A DNA stretch of 64,000 nucleotides from Longimicrobiales bacterium (GTDB lineage Bacteria; Gemmatimonadota; Gemmatimonadetes; Longimicrobiales; Gaopeijiaceae), in NCBI GenBank assembly GCA_965197725.1, contig CBDANQ010000058.1, positions 28,268 through 92,267 on the forward strand, in the 5' to 3' direction. The position numbers and the translations under genes are program-made. Under the pieces are notes generated by a model. The model saw only the letters and a program-made list of their open reading frames with translations, was not told the origin of the DNA and ran no database searches. Positions 28,200-36,693 of the stretch are shown in pieces. Positions within the stretch are counted from its first letter, which is position 1; every line of letters begins with the position of its first letter.

Positions 28200-30777
28200 T
28201 CACCAGGTCTCCACGCGTCCCTGTGCAGTGAAGAAAAGCACGCGCTCCTTCACCGGGTCACCCGTGAGCCGGGTCCACGCCTCCGCGTACAAGTCGACCT
28301 GCCGCCGATAGGCGTCCAGCCGTGTTCCGAAGTCTGGATCGGTCCCCAGGTCGGTCTTGTAGTCGGCGATCACCCAACCGTCTGCCTCCAAGAACGCCAG
28401 GTCGATCACGCCTTCGAGGACCTGGTGGGCTCTGGAAGGCTCTTCGGGCGCAGGCTCGCTCTCGGCTTCATGGATCGCGTCCAGAGAGAAGAGGTCGAGC
28501 TGCTTGCGCGGCTTCTCCTCGGGACCCTGCGCTTGGCGCTGCGGGCCCGCGGCCGGCGCGGCGGTGGCGCCCCGGCCGGCCGGCTGCGACACGGCAAAGG
28601 GCACTTCGGCAAGCAGGCGCTCGGCCCGGTGCGCTCTCTGCCACAGATCCGACGCGCGCACGGATTCCACGACGCCGAGGAGTTCGTGCAACTCGGTGGG
28701 ATCGCCGTGGTCATCCAGCGGCCTTTCGTACTCGACGAGCAAGTCACGGCACGCGGCGCGCAGTGCTTCCGGCGTGGTCCCTTCCCCGGCTGCGGCGAGC
28801 GCCCCGTGAACCGCGCTTCCCCACGAGAAGCCGCGGAAGGCCTGCCTGTCGGCCTGATGGCATCGAAGGCACCTTCGTCGAGACGGTGCTGAACCAGTCG
28901 CTCGTAGTCGATGCCGAAGAAGAGCCCGACCAAGACCGCGACGACTTTCACCGGATTGCTCGGGTCGATCATGCACGCCAGGACCGCTTGCAGCTCACGT
29001 AGCTCGCTCTCGACGCCGACACCCGCCCCGGTCACCTGGACCGGCAGGCTGAAGGCCTCCAAAGCTCGTGCGTAGCGGTCGAGGTGGGACCGCGTCCTCG
29101 TGAGGATCATAAAGTCTCCGCTCGAGCGTTCTCCGGAGGCGACCCGAGTCGCGATCCAGCTCGCGATACGTGCGGCATCGTGGTTTGCCGCCGCGGCACC
29201 TCGCGCAGCGACGGGGGTCACGGCGTACCAGAAGACACCCTCGCGCGAGGTTGGCTCTCCTGGCCGCGTGTTCAGCGGCTCGAAGCCCGCCTGCTCCGGG
29301 GTAGCCGACGTGGGGAAGAATCCCTCGCCATCGAACAGCTCATTGACCAGATCCCCGATCGGTGGACGCGAGCGGAAGTTGGTCGTGAGCTCGAGCACGG
29401 CTCCGAAGTCGCTGAATCGGTCCTTTACGAATCCGTAGAGCTGGATGTCCGGTCCGCGCGCCGGAACCGATAGATGCTCTGCTTCGGGTCCCCGACCACG
29501 AAGAGCGCTCCGTCCCTGGGAACCGCGGAGCGCCAGTCCGCGCGCTCAGCCGGACCGTCTCCCCCGTGCGATGCTCCGTCGTCATCGACGTCGGGATCCG
29601 AAGAAAGCAGCAGCATGATCTCCACCTGCAGCGGATCGGTGTCCTGAAACTCGTCCACCAGAAGGCGTCGGTACCGCCGCCCCAGCTGCCGGCGAACGTG
29701 TGGGTTCGACCTGAGCAACTCTGCGGCCAGCAGCAGCAGATCCTGGAAATCGAGCCGTGCCGTCCGTTTCCGGTGCTCGGCGAACTCGAGCGCGGCGTGT
29801 CCTGCCAGGCGAACCGCGAGCGCGTCACGATGCGCGTACCATCGGTTAACCAGACCGCGCGGGGCCGTGTCGCCGACGCCGAACTCGTCGACCCGATCGC
29901 GCAGCGCCTTCGCCATCGATCCGTCCCTCCACCGGTTCTGCGTGATCGAATGGCCCCGTGGGCCCGGCTTGCAGAGACGTGACAGCGCGTCGAAGAAGTC
30001 GGCCGGCTCTTTCCACCCTGTGACGTCGCGGGTGAAGTGGAGCGTCCTCAGTTTCTTCTGGAGCGAATCCCAGCCGCGGTTCGGTTCATGATCCGGTATG
30101 AGTTCCCACCCGCGATCAACGAGGTCGTCCAGGACCGCTCGGACCTCGCTGAGCTCCGCGGCTGAAGGAGGTTGGGTCTTGTCCGTCGGAAAGTGCACGT
30201 CCGGATTCTCGACCAGATGGCCGAACAGACCCCGCAACCGCGAGGCGCGCAGCCCCGCGTCCGAGAGCTCTTCCAGAATCGGGTCCGCGTCGCGGGTGAG
30301 TCGCTCGAGATACGCCTCCCAAAAGTGTTGTCGTAGCCGCAAGCGTTCCTCGACCGCGAGTTCTTCGAATGCCGGATCGAGGCCGACCTCCAAGGGCCGT
30401 TCACGCAACAGTCGGGAGCAAAACACGTGGATCGTGCCAACAAAAACCCGCTCGATGTCGTCCAGCGCCGTAGCGAGCCGCTCTCGCACGAGGTCGTCGC
30501 CCTCCGGCTCGCTCGGTTCAGCTACGCGTTTCTCGAGATACATCTGGAAGCGCTCGCGTAGCGCGGCAGCGGCCTTGCGCGTGAAAGTCACGGCGGCGAT
30601 CTCGTCGACGGTTGCCACGCCCGAAGCCACCAAGGCCACCATGCGCGCGACGAGCTCCGTGGTCTTACCCGACCCGGCACCGGCTTCCACGAGCAAGTTC
30701 GTGTCGAGGTCGTCGCCAATGCGCGCGCGGGCCTGCGCGTCCGGAAACGGGAGGCTGATCACCGCAGGGCCATTCAT
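28200..30777 (-). pseudogene. UvrD/AddA-like helicase with a C-terminal PD-(D/E)XK nuclease, split into three ORFs by two frameshifts
   Basis: ORF 29425..30867 has motif I AGAGSGKT, motif II LLVDEFQDT and motif III FVVGDPKQSIYRFRRAD. ORF 28406..29398 has LTTNFRSRPPI. ORF 28200..28976 has the nuclease motif VLEGVIDLAFLEADGWVIADYKTD. The frame breaks are near 29450 and 28858. The start ATG is at 30777 (MNGPAVISLPF). Confidence 0.8.
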
Positions 30778-30796
30778 CGCGCCAATCTGGGTATGT

Positions 30797-30873
30797 TGAG
30801 GTCGTACCGCGGGACATCGTGGCGCCACCAGTAGTGAGGTCGTACCGCGGGGACATCGTGGCGCCACCAGTAG
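30797..30873. repeat. two-unit tandem direct repeat (38 + 39 bp) upstream of the helicase start
   Basis: Unit 1 is 30797-30834 (TGAGGTCGTACCGCGGGACATCGTGGCGCCACCAGTAG). Unit 2 is 30835-30873 and is identical except for one extra G. Each unit contains the perfect 10-bp palindrome GTGGCGCCAC and the near-palindrome GTACCGCGGGAC. Confidence 0.9.
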
Positions 30874-31029
30874 TACTGAACGAGGTCCAGCCGGTCGACA
30901 CCGAGGCGTGAGAGCGATCGGTCTGGTCGTAACAATCTAGCTGCGGCGCCAACATCGGTCTTGCGTGGGACTCGCGCCACCACGACGAGGACGGTAGCAT
31001 GGGCGCGCCCGAATCTACGAAGCTTCCTA

Positions 31030-31332
31030 GGAGATCCGGCTGGACAATCTGACGCACCGCCTGGTAGGCGCCGCGGACGTCATGGTGGCCCCCTTGCCCG
31101 CCAACCCCTTCAGCGCGGAGATCGAAGTCATGACCGATTCGGGTTTCGTGCCCGGTGCGCGCTGGCACGGCTCGAGCCGGACGTCGCTCGTTATCTTGAA
31201 TGGTCTCGATACCCCTACGTGCGGATCGAACCGGGAGGCACCAACTGGTGGGTCCAATTCAGCGACGCGCGCTATGACGGGCGGCCAGGAACGGGCGGGC
31301 TGAGCGGGCTGAGAGTGCAGATCCGCGACTGA
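31030..31332 (+). pseudogene. possible 3' remnant of a YdjM-type membrane-bound metal-dependent hydrolase gene (frameshifted, N-terminus missing)
   Basis: Two frames together read ...VMVAPLPANPFSAEIEVMTDSGFVPGARWH / LEPDVARYLEWSRYPYVRIEPGGTNWWVQFSDARYDG. This resembles the C-terminal domain of long YdjM-family proteins. No matching N-terminal membrane domain lies upstream. Confidence 0.3.
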
Positions 31333-31339
31333 GCATGTC

Positions 31340-31798
31340 ATGGAAAAGAAGCTGTTCACCATCGACGAGCGGGTTCCATGGTCCGCGGTCGACAAGGCCG
31401 GCATCATCTTCTACGGTGCCTACGTGGGTTTCTTCGAACTCGCGGAGATAGAGCTCTTTCGGGCGGCCGGCGTGCCGTACGGCGAGGTCTTCGATCGCTT
31501 CCGAATCTGGTTGCCGCGCGCGCACCTAGAGTCCGACTTCCACTACCCCTCCCGGCTCGACGACAATCTCCGGGTGGCTGCATATTTCACCCGTTTCGGC
31601 ACGAGCTCGTTGCAGATCAATTTCGACGTGATGAACCTCGAGGCCGGCACACTCGCCGTGACGGGGCATGAAGTGCTGGTGTGCACCACGCAGGATACGC
31701 TGCGACCTTGGCCTCTGCCGGAGGAGCTCAGGGAAGCGCTCTCGCCGTACCTGATGTCGGTGGAGCAAGCGCGGGCGAAGCTCCATTCCCTGGAGTGA
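31340..31798 (+). CDS. acyl-CoA thioesterase (4HBT/YbgC-like hotdog fold)
   Basis: 152 aa. The pattern VPWSAVDKAGIIFYGAYVGFFELAEIELFRAAGVPYGE...LESDFHYPSRLDDNLRV is typical of the thioesterase superfamily. Confidence 0.8.
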   Translation: MEKKLFTIDERVPWSAVDKAGIIFYGAYVGFFELAEIELFRAAGVPYGEVFDRFRIWLPRAHLESDFHYPSRLDDNLRVAAYFTRFGTSSLQINFDVMNLEAGTLAVTGHEVLVCTTQDTLRPWPLPEELREALSPYLMSVEQARAKLHSLE

Positions 31799-31870
31799 GC
31801 TTGGAGCCGATCGCACCGGTTCCGCTGGAAGCCATCGAAGCCGCGCGAGAGCGAATCGCCGGTGCGCTCG

Positions 31871-34800
31871 CTAGTCCTCGAAGGTCCGCACGCGCTTCAA
31901 CTGAGCGAACGCCGGCCAGAGTCCGGCATTGAGGTGCTGCTCGGACCACTCGGCGAGCGGGGATGTCATCTTCCCGAACCGTGCCTGCCGCGCACGGCAC
32001 ACATCGGCGTAGTCGCAGAAGCGGCAGTCGTCCGCTCTCTCGGTCGGCACGAAGTTCCCTGACGCGACGGTGTCCAACATCAGGTCCAGCAGTGGGCCAA
32101 CGCCCGCCAGCCGCTGGCAGTCGAATACGAACGCTCGGTTCTCGCCACGTCGCGTCGGGTAGTGATACTCGCCGGAGACGACCGTAACGCCGAGCCGTTG
32201 TTCCGCAGCGTGCGCGTACAGTGCGTGCTGTAGACGACGACCGCCGTCGAAGGTCCCGCTGTCACCCTCCAGGCCCCATGGCATGCCTGTCTTGTAGTCG
32301 ACCACGTGCACGCCTTGAAGGTCCTCGTCCACACGGTCGATCGCGCCACGCAGCCGAAGCTGTCCCTGCTTGAGGTCGAGAACGACCGGTTCGTCGTCGC
32401 CGATGCCGAAGTCGAGCTCGAGCGCCACCCATGGAGCCCCCCGCTGTCGGACCATGCGCACGAAGGAGCGTACGTCCTCCTCGAGCGCGACCAACTCCCT
32501 CCTGAGCGCACCCTCCCCGGGAACCGGCACCTCGGCCCGCAGCCGCTTGACGCTGATGCCAAGGGTCTTCACCGCGAGCGCTTCGAAGCCCGGCTCCTCC
32601 ATCTTGAGCTTCCGAATACGGGCCTCGCGCAGCGACGTCTCGAACACTGCGTGTAGAAGAGCTCCGTGGCGCAGAGGGTTGAGCCAGCGATCAGGATCCA
32701 ACTCGGGGTCGTCAGGCGGGTAGATACGCAGCACCGAACGGTGGAGGTACCGAAGCGGACAGGCGCCCAGATCCTCGAGTCTGCTCGCCGAAACGACGAG
32801 CGACGGATTCTTCCGGGGATCGAGCTCCTGTGGCCTCGCTTCGATCACGCCGTGCGCTGGGCCGGGTACGCCGTCACTGCGTTCGAGCAGCAGCGACAGT
32901 CCCGCGTCGAGCCTGGGGAACGCCGCCCGCACGCGATCGACGCCGTGCCGCATCACCTCCCCCGAACCGAGGCCCGCCATCCAGATGTCGTCGCCGTCCA
33001 GCGGGGGACGGTTCGCGCGGGGCACGCGGCACACGACACGGCCAAGCGTCTCGTGCAGGTCTCGAAACGTCAGACGCGGATCCCGGCGCTGGAGGCGAAG
33101 CGCCGCCAGCAATACCGGCGATGGTCTTATCGAACGCGCCTCTGTCGCATCCCACGCACGATAGCTGAGCGTGACGCGGGCACCACGCAGGCGGGCAAAG
33201 AACGCCGCGAACCGAAAGGTCCGCTCTCGCAGCAGTTCAGACGATGTGGGCAGACCCTCCCCGAGCACGCGCCGGTCGCTGTCGAGCAGCACGGGGTCTT
33301 GCGTGCTCGGACCCGGTATGTGCTCCGCTTCCGCTCCCACCACGAAGACCGCGGGACGCCCCGTGTATCCTCCGTGCTCCATATCGGACAGGTGCAGGTG
33401 TCCCCCCTCGGACGACCATGGCGCACCGGGGTCGTTGCCGCTCGCGCCCGGTCCCGACGCACGCACCCTGATCTCGAGGTGCCGGCGGAGAACAGTCACC
33501 GCCGCGCCGAAGTCCGTGCGGCGCCGGAGTGTGGCGTCCACCCGCTCGAGCACCTGGTTGATGCGTTCTCGCGCGCTCAGATCCGACCCGTCACCTAGAG
33601 GAACGCGACGGAGGAAAGCCCGTAGGCCCCGTGCTAGCTCGGCTGGGGAGACCGGCGCGCCGCGCTCTCCCCTGCGGTCCGGAATCGCCGGCGTCGCCTT
33701 CAGGGTCGGAAACAGGATCGAGCGCAACGCCCTCAACTCCCCTTCCGCCTGCGCACGCCGTCGCTCGAAGGCCTCAGCATGCTCCCACTTTCTTGGCCCG
33801 AGCTCCTCGAGTCTAGCCAGGGCCGTGCGGACCTGACTGCGATATCGCTTGCGACCCCAACCGATGCGGAGGCTGCGGAACCGACGCCCCAACTCGGCCG
33901 GCGCGTGGTAGAGGCGCGTGCGACCGGGCCGAAGGTCACCGGCCTCGAGCAGCCTTCGGATCGGGCTGGCCTGGAAGCCTCCCTCGATCCAATCGAGGTA
34001 GGCGCGTACCACTCGGCCCGGCCGCGTGCGCTCGACGGGAAGGCCTACTGCGTACGTGACCGGAATGCGTAGCTCGGAAGAGAGCGCATGGAGCGCCGAC
34101 CCGTAGGCGGCGGGATCCGGTGTGACGATCTCGACCTGGTCCCATGCAAGAGCGCGCTCGGCCACACGCCGAATGACTTCACGCAGCTCGTCGGTGATGG
34201 AGGCCGCATGGAAGAGTTCGAGCTCGGAAGACCGCGGGTCGCCGTCCATCTGCTCCGGGGCGAATAGATAGGAGTAGGCGGATCCACTGGATCCATTGGA
34301 GTGACGGTTCCAGAGCACGGAGTCCCGCACGTCGATCCCCACCACTGGGTCCGTCTCGAGCACCTTAGCACCCCGGGCTTGAAGCGCGGTGAGCAGCTGC
34401 CCGCTCAAGCCCCGGGTGCTGACCCCAGGCACGATTACGACGACCTCGGCACCCAGAGTGTCCGGCATGCGATGACCGTCGTTCTCCAACGATGCGAGTG
34501 CAAGCCGGAGTACGGATGCGGTGTCAGCCAGACGTCGTTGGCCCAAGAGCCGCTCGTAGCGCTGCAACACGCGCAACAAGAAGAGCCGCTTCGACCAGTC
34601 TGCAAGCCGTGCTCGATCAAGCTCCTCAGGACTGATACCAGAGAGACGCAACGCCGTGACCGCACCGTGCACGCGCTCACGGAAGCCGACGCCTTCAGCG
34701 AGCTCCCCGAGGCCCCGTCCCTCGGCGACCAGAGCGGCGTCGAGAGATTCATCGAGAAGTGCTCTTTCGTCGAACGCGTCCATCACGCGCAGCGACGCCC

Positions 34801-35047
34801 GCTCCATCCCGTCGCGCGCGAGTCGAAGCGCCAACGGCGCTTGGGTCACCACCTCGAAGCCGATCCACCCGAGGCCCTCGAGAGAGAGCCGCCTCAACAG
34901 TTCGCGCCCCCCACCGAACGTCTGTGAGATGACGAGCTTTCGGCCGACGGGGTGACGTCGCGCGATGCGGGCGAGCACGTCGACGAGGTGAGGGGCCGAG
35001 GAGGCCCGGCCTAGCTTCTCCAGTCCGCTCACGGTGCCTTCCAACAC
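31871..35047 (-). CDS. AddB-like PD-(D/E)XK nuclease subunit (helicase-nuclease complex)
   Basis: About 1058 aa. The C-terminal nuclease is RGAIDRVDEDLQGVHVVDYKTG. The AddB-type Fe-S cysteine set is present (LGACPLRYL ... CRFCDYADVC). The likely GTG start at 35047 lies 13 nt after the upstream gene's stop, so the ORF-track start at 35110 overlaps that gene. Confidence 0.8.
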   Translation of the reverse strand: MLEGTVSGLEKLGRASSAPHLVDVLARIARRHPVGRKLVISQTFGGGRELLRRLSLEGLGWIGFEVVTQAPLALRLARDGMERASLRVMDAFDERALLDESLDAALVAEGRGLGELAEGVGFRERVHGAVTALRLSGISPEELDRARLADWSKRLFLLRVLQRYERLLGQRRLADTASVLRLALASLENDGHRMPDTLGAEVVVIVPGVSTRGLSGQLLTALQARGAKVLETDPVVGIDVRDSVLWNRHSNGSSGSAYSYLFAPEQMDGDPRSSELELFHAASITDELREVIRRVAERALAWDQVEIVTPDPAAYGSALHALSSELRIPVTYAVGLPVERTRPGRVVRAYLDWIEGGFQASPIRRLLEAGDLRPGRTRLYHAPAELGRRFRSLRIGWGRKRYRSQVRTALARLEELGPRKWEHAEAFERRRAQAEGELRALRSILFPTLKATPAIPDRRGERGAPVSPAELARGLRAFLRRVPLGDGSDLSARERINQVLERVDATLRRRTDFGAAVTVLRRHLEIRVRASGPGASGNDPGAPWSSEGGHLHLSDMEHGGYTGRPAVFVVGAEAEHIPGPSTQDPVLLDSDRRVLGEGLPTSSELLRERTFRFAAFFARLRGARVTLSYRAWDATEARSIRPSPVLLAALRLQRRDPRLTFRDLHETLGRVVCRVPRANRPPLDGDDIWMAGLGSGEVMRHGVDRVRAAFPRLDAGLSLLLERSDGVPGPAHGVIEARPQELDPRKNPSLVVSASRLEDLGACPLRYLHRSVLRIYPPDDPELDPDRWLNPLRHGALLHAVFETSLREARIRKLKMEEPGFEALAVKTLGISVKRLRAEVPVPGEGALRRELVALEEDVRSFVRMVRQRGAPWVALELDFGIGDDEPVVLDLKQGQLRLRGAIDRVDEDLQGVHVVDYKTGMPWGLEGDSGTFDGGRRLQHALYAHAAEQRLGVTVVSGEYHYPTRRGENRAFVFDCQRLAGVGPLLDLMLDTVASGNFVPTERADDCRFCDYADVCRARQARFGKMTSPLAEWSEQHLNAGLWPAFAQLKRVRTFED

Positions 35048-35060
35048 TTGTGTCCCCGTC

Positions 35061-35622
35061 TCAAGGCGCGGCCACCGTGAGCTGCGTGCCGTACACGAAC
35101 AAGGTCGCAACCAGGATCAGGACCGAAGCAGCGAGATGTACCCACCTATGGGCGACCCAAGCGAGGAACAGGAAGATCACGCCTGCAATAAAGGCAATAA
35201 GGTTCACATAATGGAGTAGCGGGTTGTCGAAGACGGAGATGTTGCTCCATGTCATGGCGATCATCAGCATCGCGGCGACGGAGAAGAACCGACCTCGAAT
35301 CTCGTAGTAATAGTCGCTGAGGTTGGTCCGTGCGTCCTCGAGCGGGAATACCAGCTCAGCAAGTGCGAACAAGAGGATCGGGACGAGGAGAAAGCTCAGC
35401 AAATCCCAAAGCGTCCATACCGGGCGATCCGCGACTCCCCAGCGTCCTCGACCAGACGCCCACGTGCATCACGAACACCCAAAGGACCCAGATCGCATGG
35501 ACGAGGCCGGGCGCGGTCGTGGTGTCGGGGCGGAGTGACCCGACCACGCCACGAAGAAGTGTGGCGATGCCGAGTCCCATGATGATCGACACCAGCACCA
35601 TGATGAACTCAAACGGATCCAA
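35061..35622 (-). pseudogene. small polytopic membrane protein split by a +1 frameshift near 35437-35440
   Basis: ORF 35356..35622 reads MDPFEFIMVLVSIIMGLGIATLLRG...HAIWVLWVFVMHVGVWSRTLG. The other frame continues VADRPVWTLWDLLSFLLVPILLFALAELVFP... (ORF 35061..35402). Removing one G from the coding-strand CTGGGGAG joins them. Confidence 0.6.
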
Positions 35623-35645
35623 GTCAGGTAATCACCCCTTCCTGC

Positions 35646-36194
35646 CTAGATCCCGCTGATATACGCGAACACGAGAAGGCCGACGATCGCCGCCGCGAGC
35701 GCGGCCTTGATCAGGAACCCACGGAGTGCGACGGAGCCCGGGTTGACTGCGCTGACCCCAGTCGCCTCGAGGTTTCCGCTCCCGCTTCGGCCGAAAAGAT
35801 CTTCCAGGTACTCGAGTAAGACGCGGAGCTGCTGTTCTAACTTCTCGGGGTCCTCGGGCTTCGTAATGAAGTGGTTGCTACCTAGTCCGTAACTCCGAGC
35901 CAGGTCGTGGTCGGTGTCGGAGGCCGTCAGCACGGCGACCGGAATGCGGCGGAGCGCGTCGTTCCGCTTGATCGCCGCAAGTACCTCGTGGCCGGTCTTA
36001 CCCGGCATCTGGAGGTCGAGCAAGATGAGGTCGGGAAGGACATGCTCGATCATGCTGATGGCCGAATCGCCGTTCCGAGCCCGGTGGACGTGGACCGGAA
36101 CTCTACTGGCCCGCTCAAGCGCCGCCTCGATCAGCAGTGCGTCCTCGTCGGTGTCCTCGGCGAGCACGACCTCCCGTTGGCGTTGCTTCGTCAT
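35646..36194 (-). CDS. single-domain response regulator (receiver) with a C-terminal transmembrane helix
   Basis: Receiver motifs: VVLAEDTDEDALL, phospho-acceptor region DLILLDLQMPGKTGHEVL, then PVAVLTAS and FITKP. The C-terminal hydrophobic segment is FLIKAALAAAIVGLLVFAYISGI. Confidence 0.85.
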   Translation of the reverse strand: MTKQRQREVVLAEDTDEDALLIEAALERASRVPVHVHRARNGDSAISMIEHVLPDLILLDLQMPGKTGHEVLAAIKRNDALRRIPVAVLTASDTDHDLARSYGLGSNHFITKPEDPEKLEQQLRVLLEYLEDLFGRSGSGNLEATGVSAVNPGSVALRGFLIKAALAAAIVGLLVFAYISGI

Positions 36195-36333
36195 CCTCGG
36201 ACGCGCTCCTCATTCCGTGGGTCCCGCCCGACGACGGGGCGGTGAATGCAACAATTCGCCATCCTGTCCAGTGACCAGCATGTAGACCCCGAGTGCGGGC
36301 CGCAAGTCCATCGCACGGAAGACCGATGACCGC

Positions 36334-36693
36334 TTGCTCGAGGGCTTAAGCGGAGTGTGGTCGCGGCCCGGGTGCGCACACGGGGATCGCCATCTCCTCG
36401 GCCGCGAGCATCCAGGAGTGCGCGGGATCACTCTGGTAGTGGTCCGAAAGCGTCGGATCCTCGAGTACTTGCATGAGGAACTCGCAAGGAACGCGGAGCA
36501 GATCACGCTTCCCGTGGCCGACCTGGTTCGGGAGGTGCTGTACGAGACGGTCGTGATATCGGGGATGGCGTACGTGAAGGAGGTTCTCGAGGCGGAGCGA
36601 GAGGTGGTGTACGGTCCGAGATGCCGGGCCAACGAGACGCGGAGTGCGTACCGGGCCGGGCATGGACCGAGCTCGCTGGTGCTGGGAGGTCGG
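36334..36693 (+). pseudogene. N-terminal fragment of an IS256-like (mutator-type) transposase gene
   Basis: The frame reads ...VADLVREVLYETVVISGMAYVKEVLEAEREVVYGPRCRANETRSAYRAGHGPSSLVLGGR. This matches the conserved N-terminal pattern of IS256-family transposases (…AE…GPR…R…R.G…LGGRR). Similarity stops where the convergent gene ends (36694). No catalytic domain follows. Confidence 0.4.
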
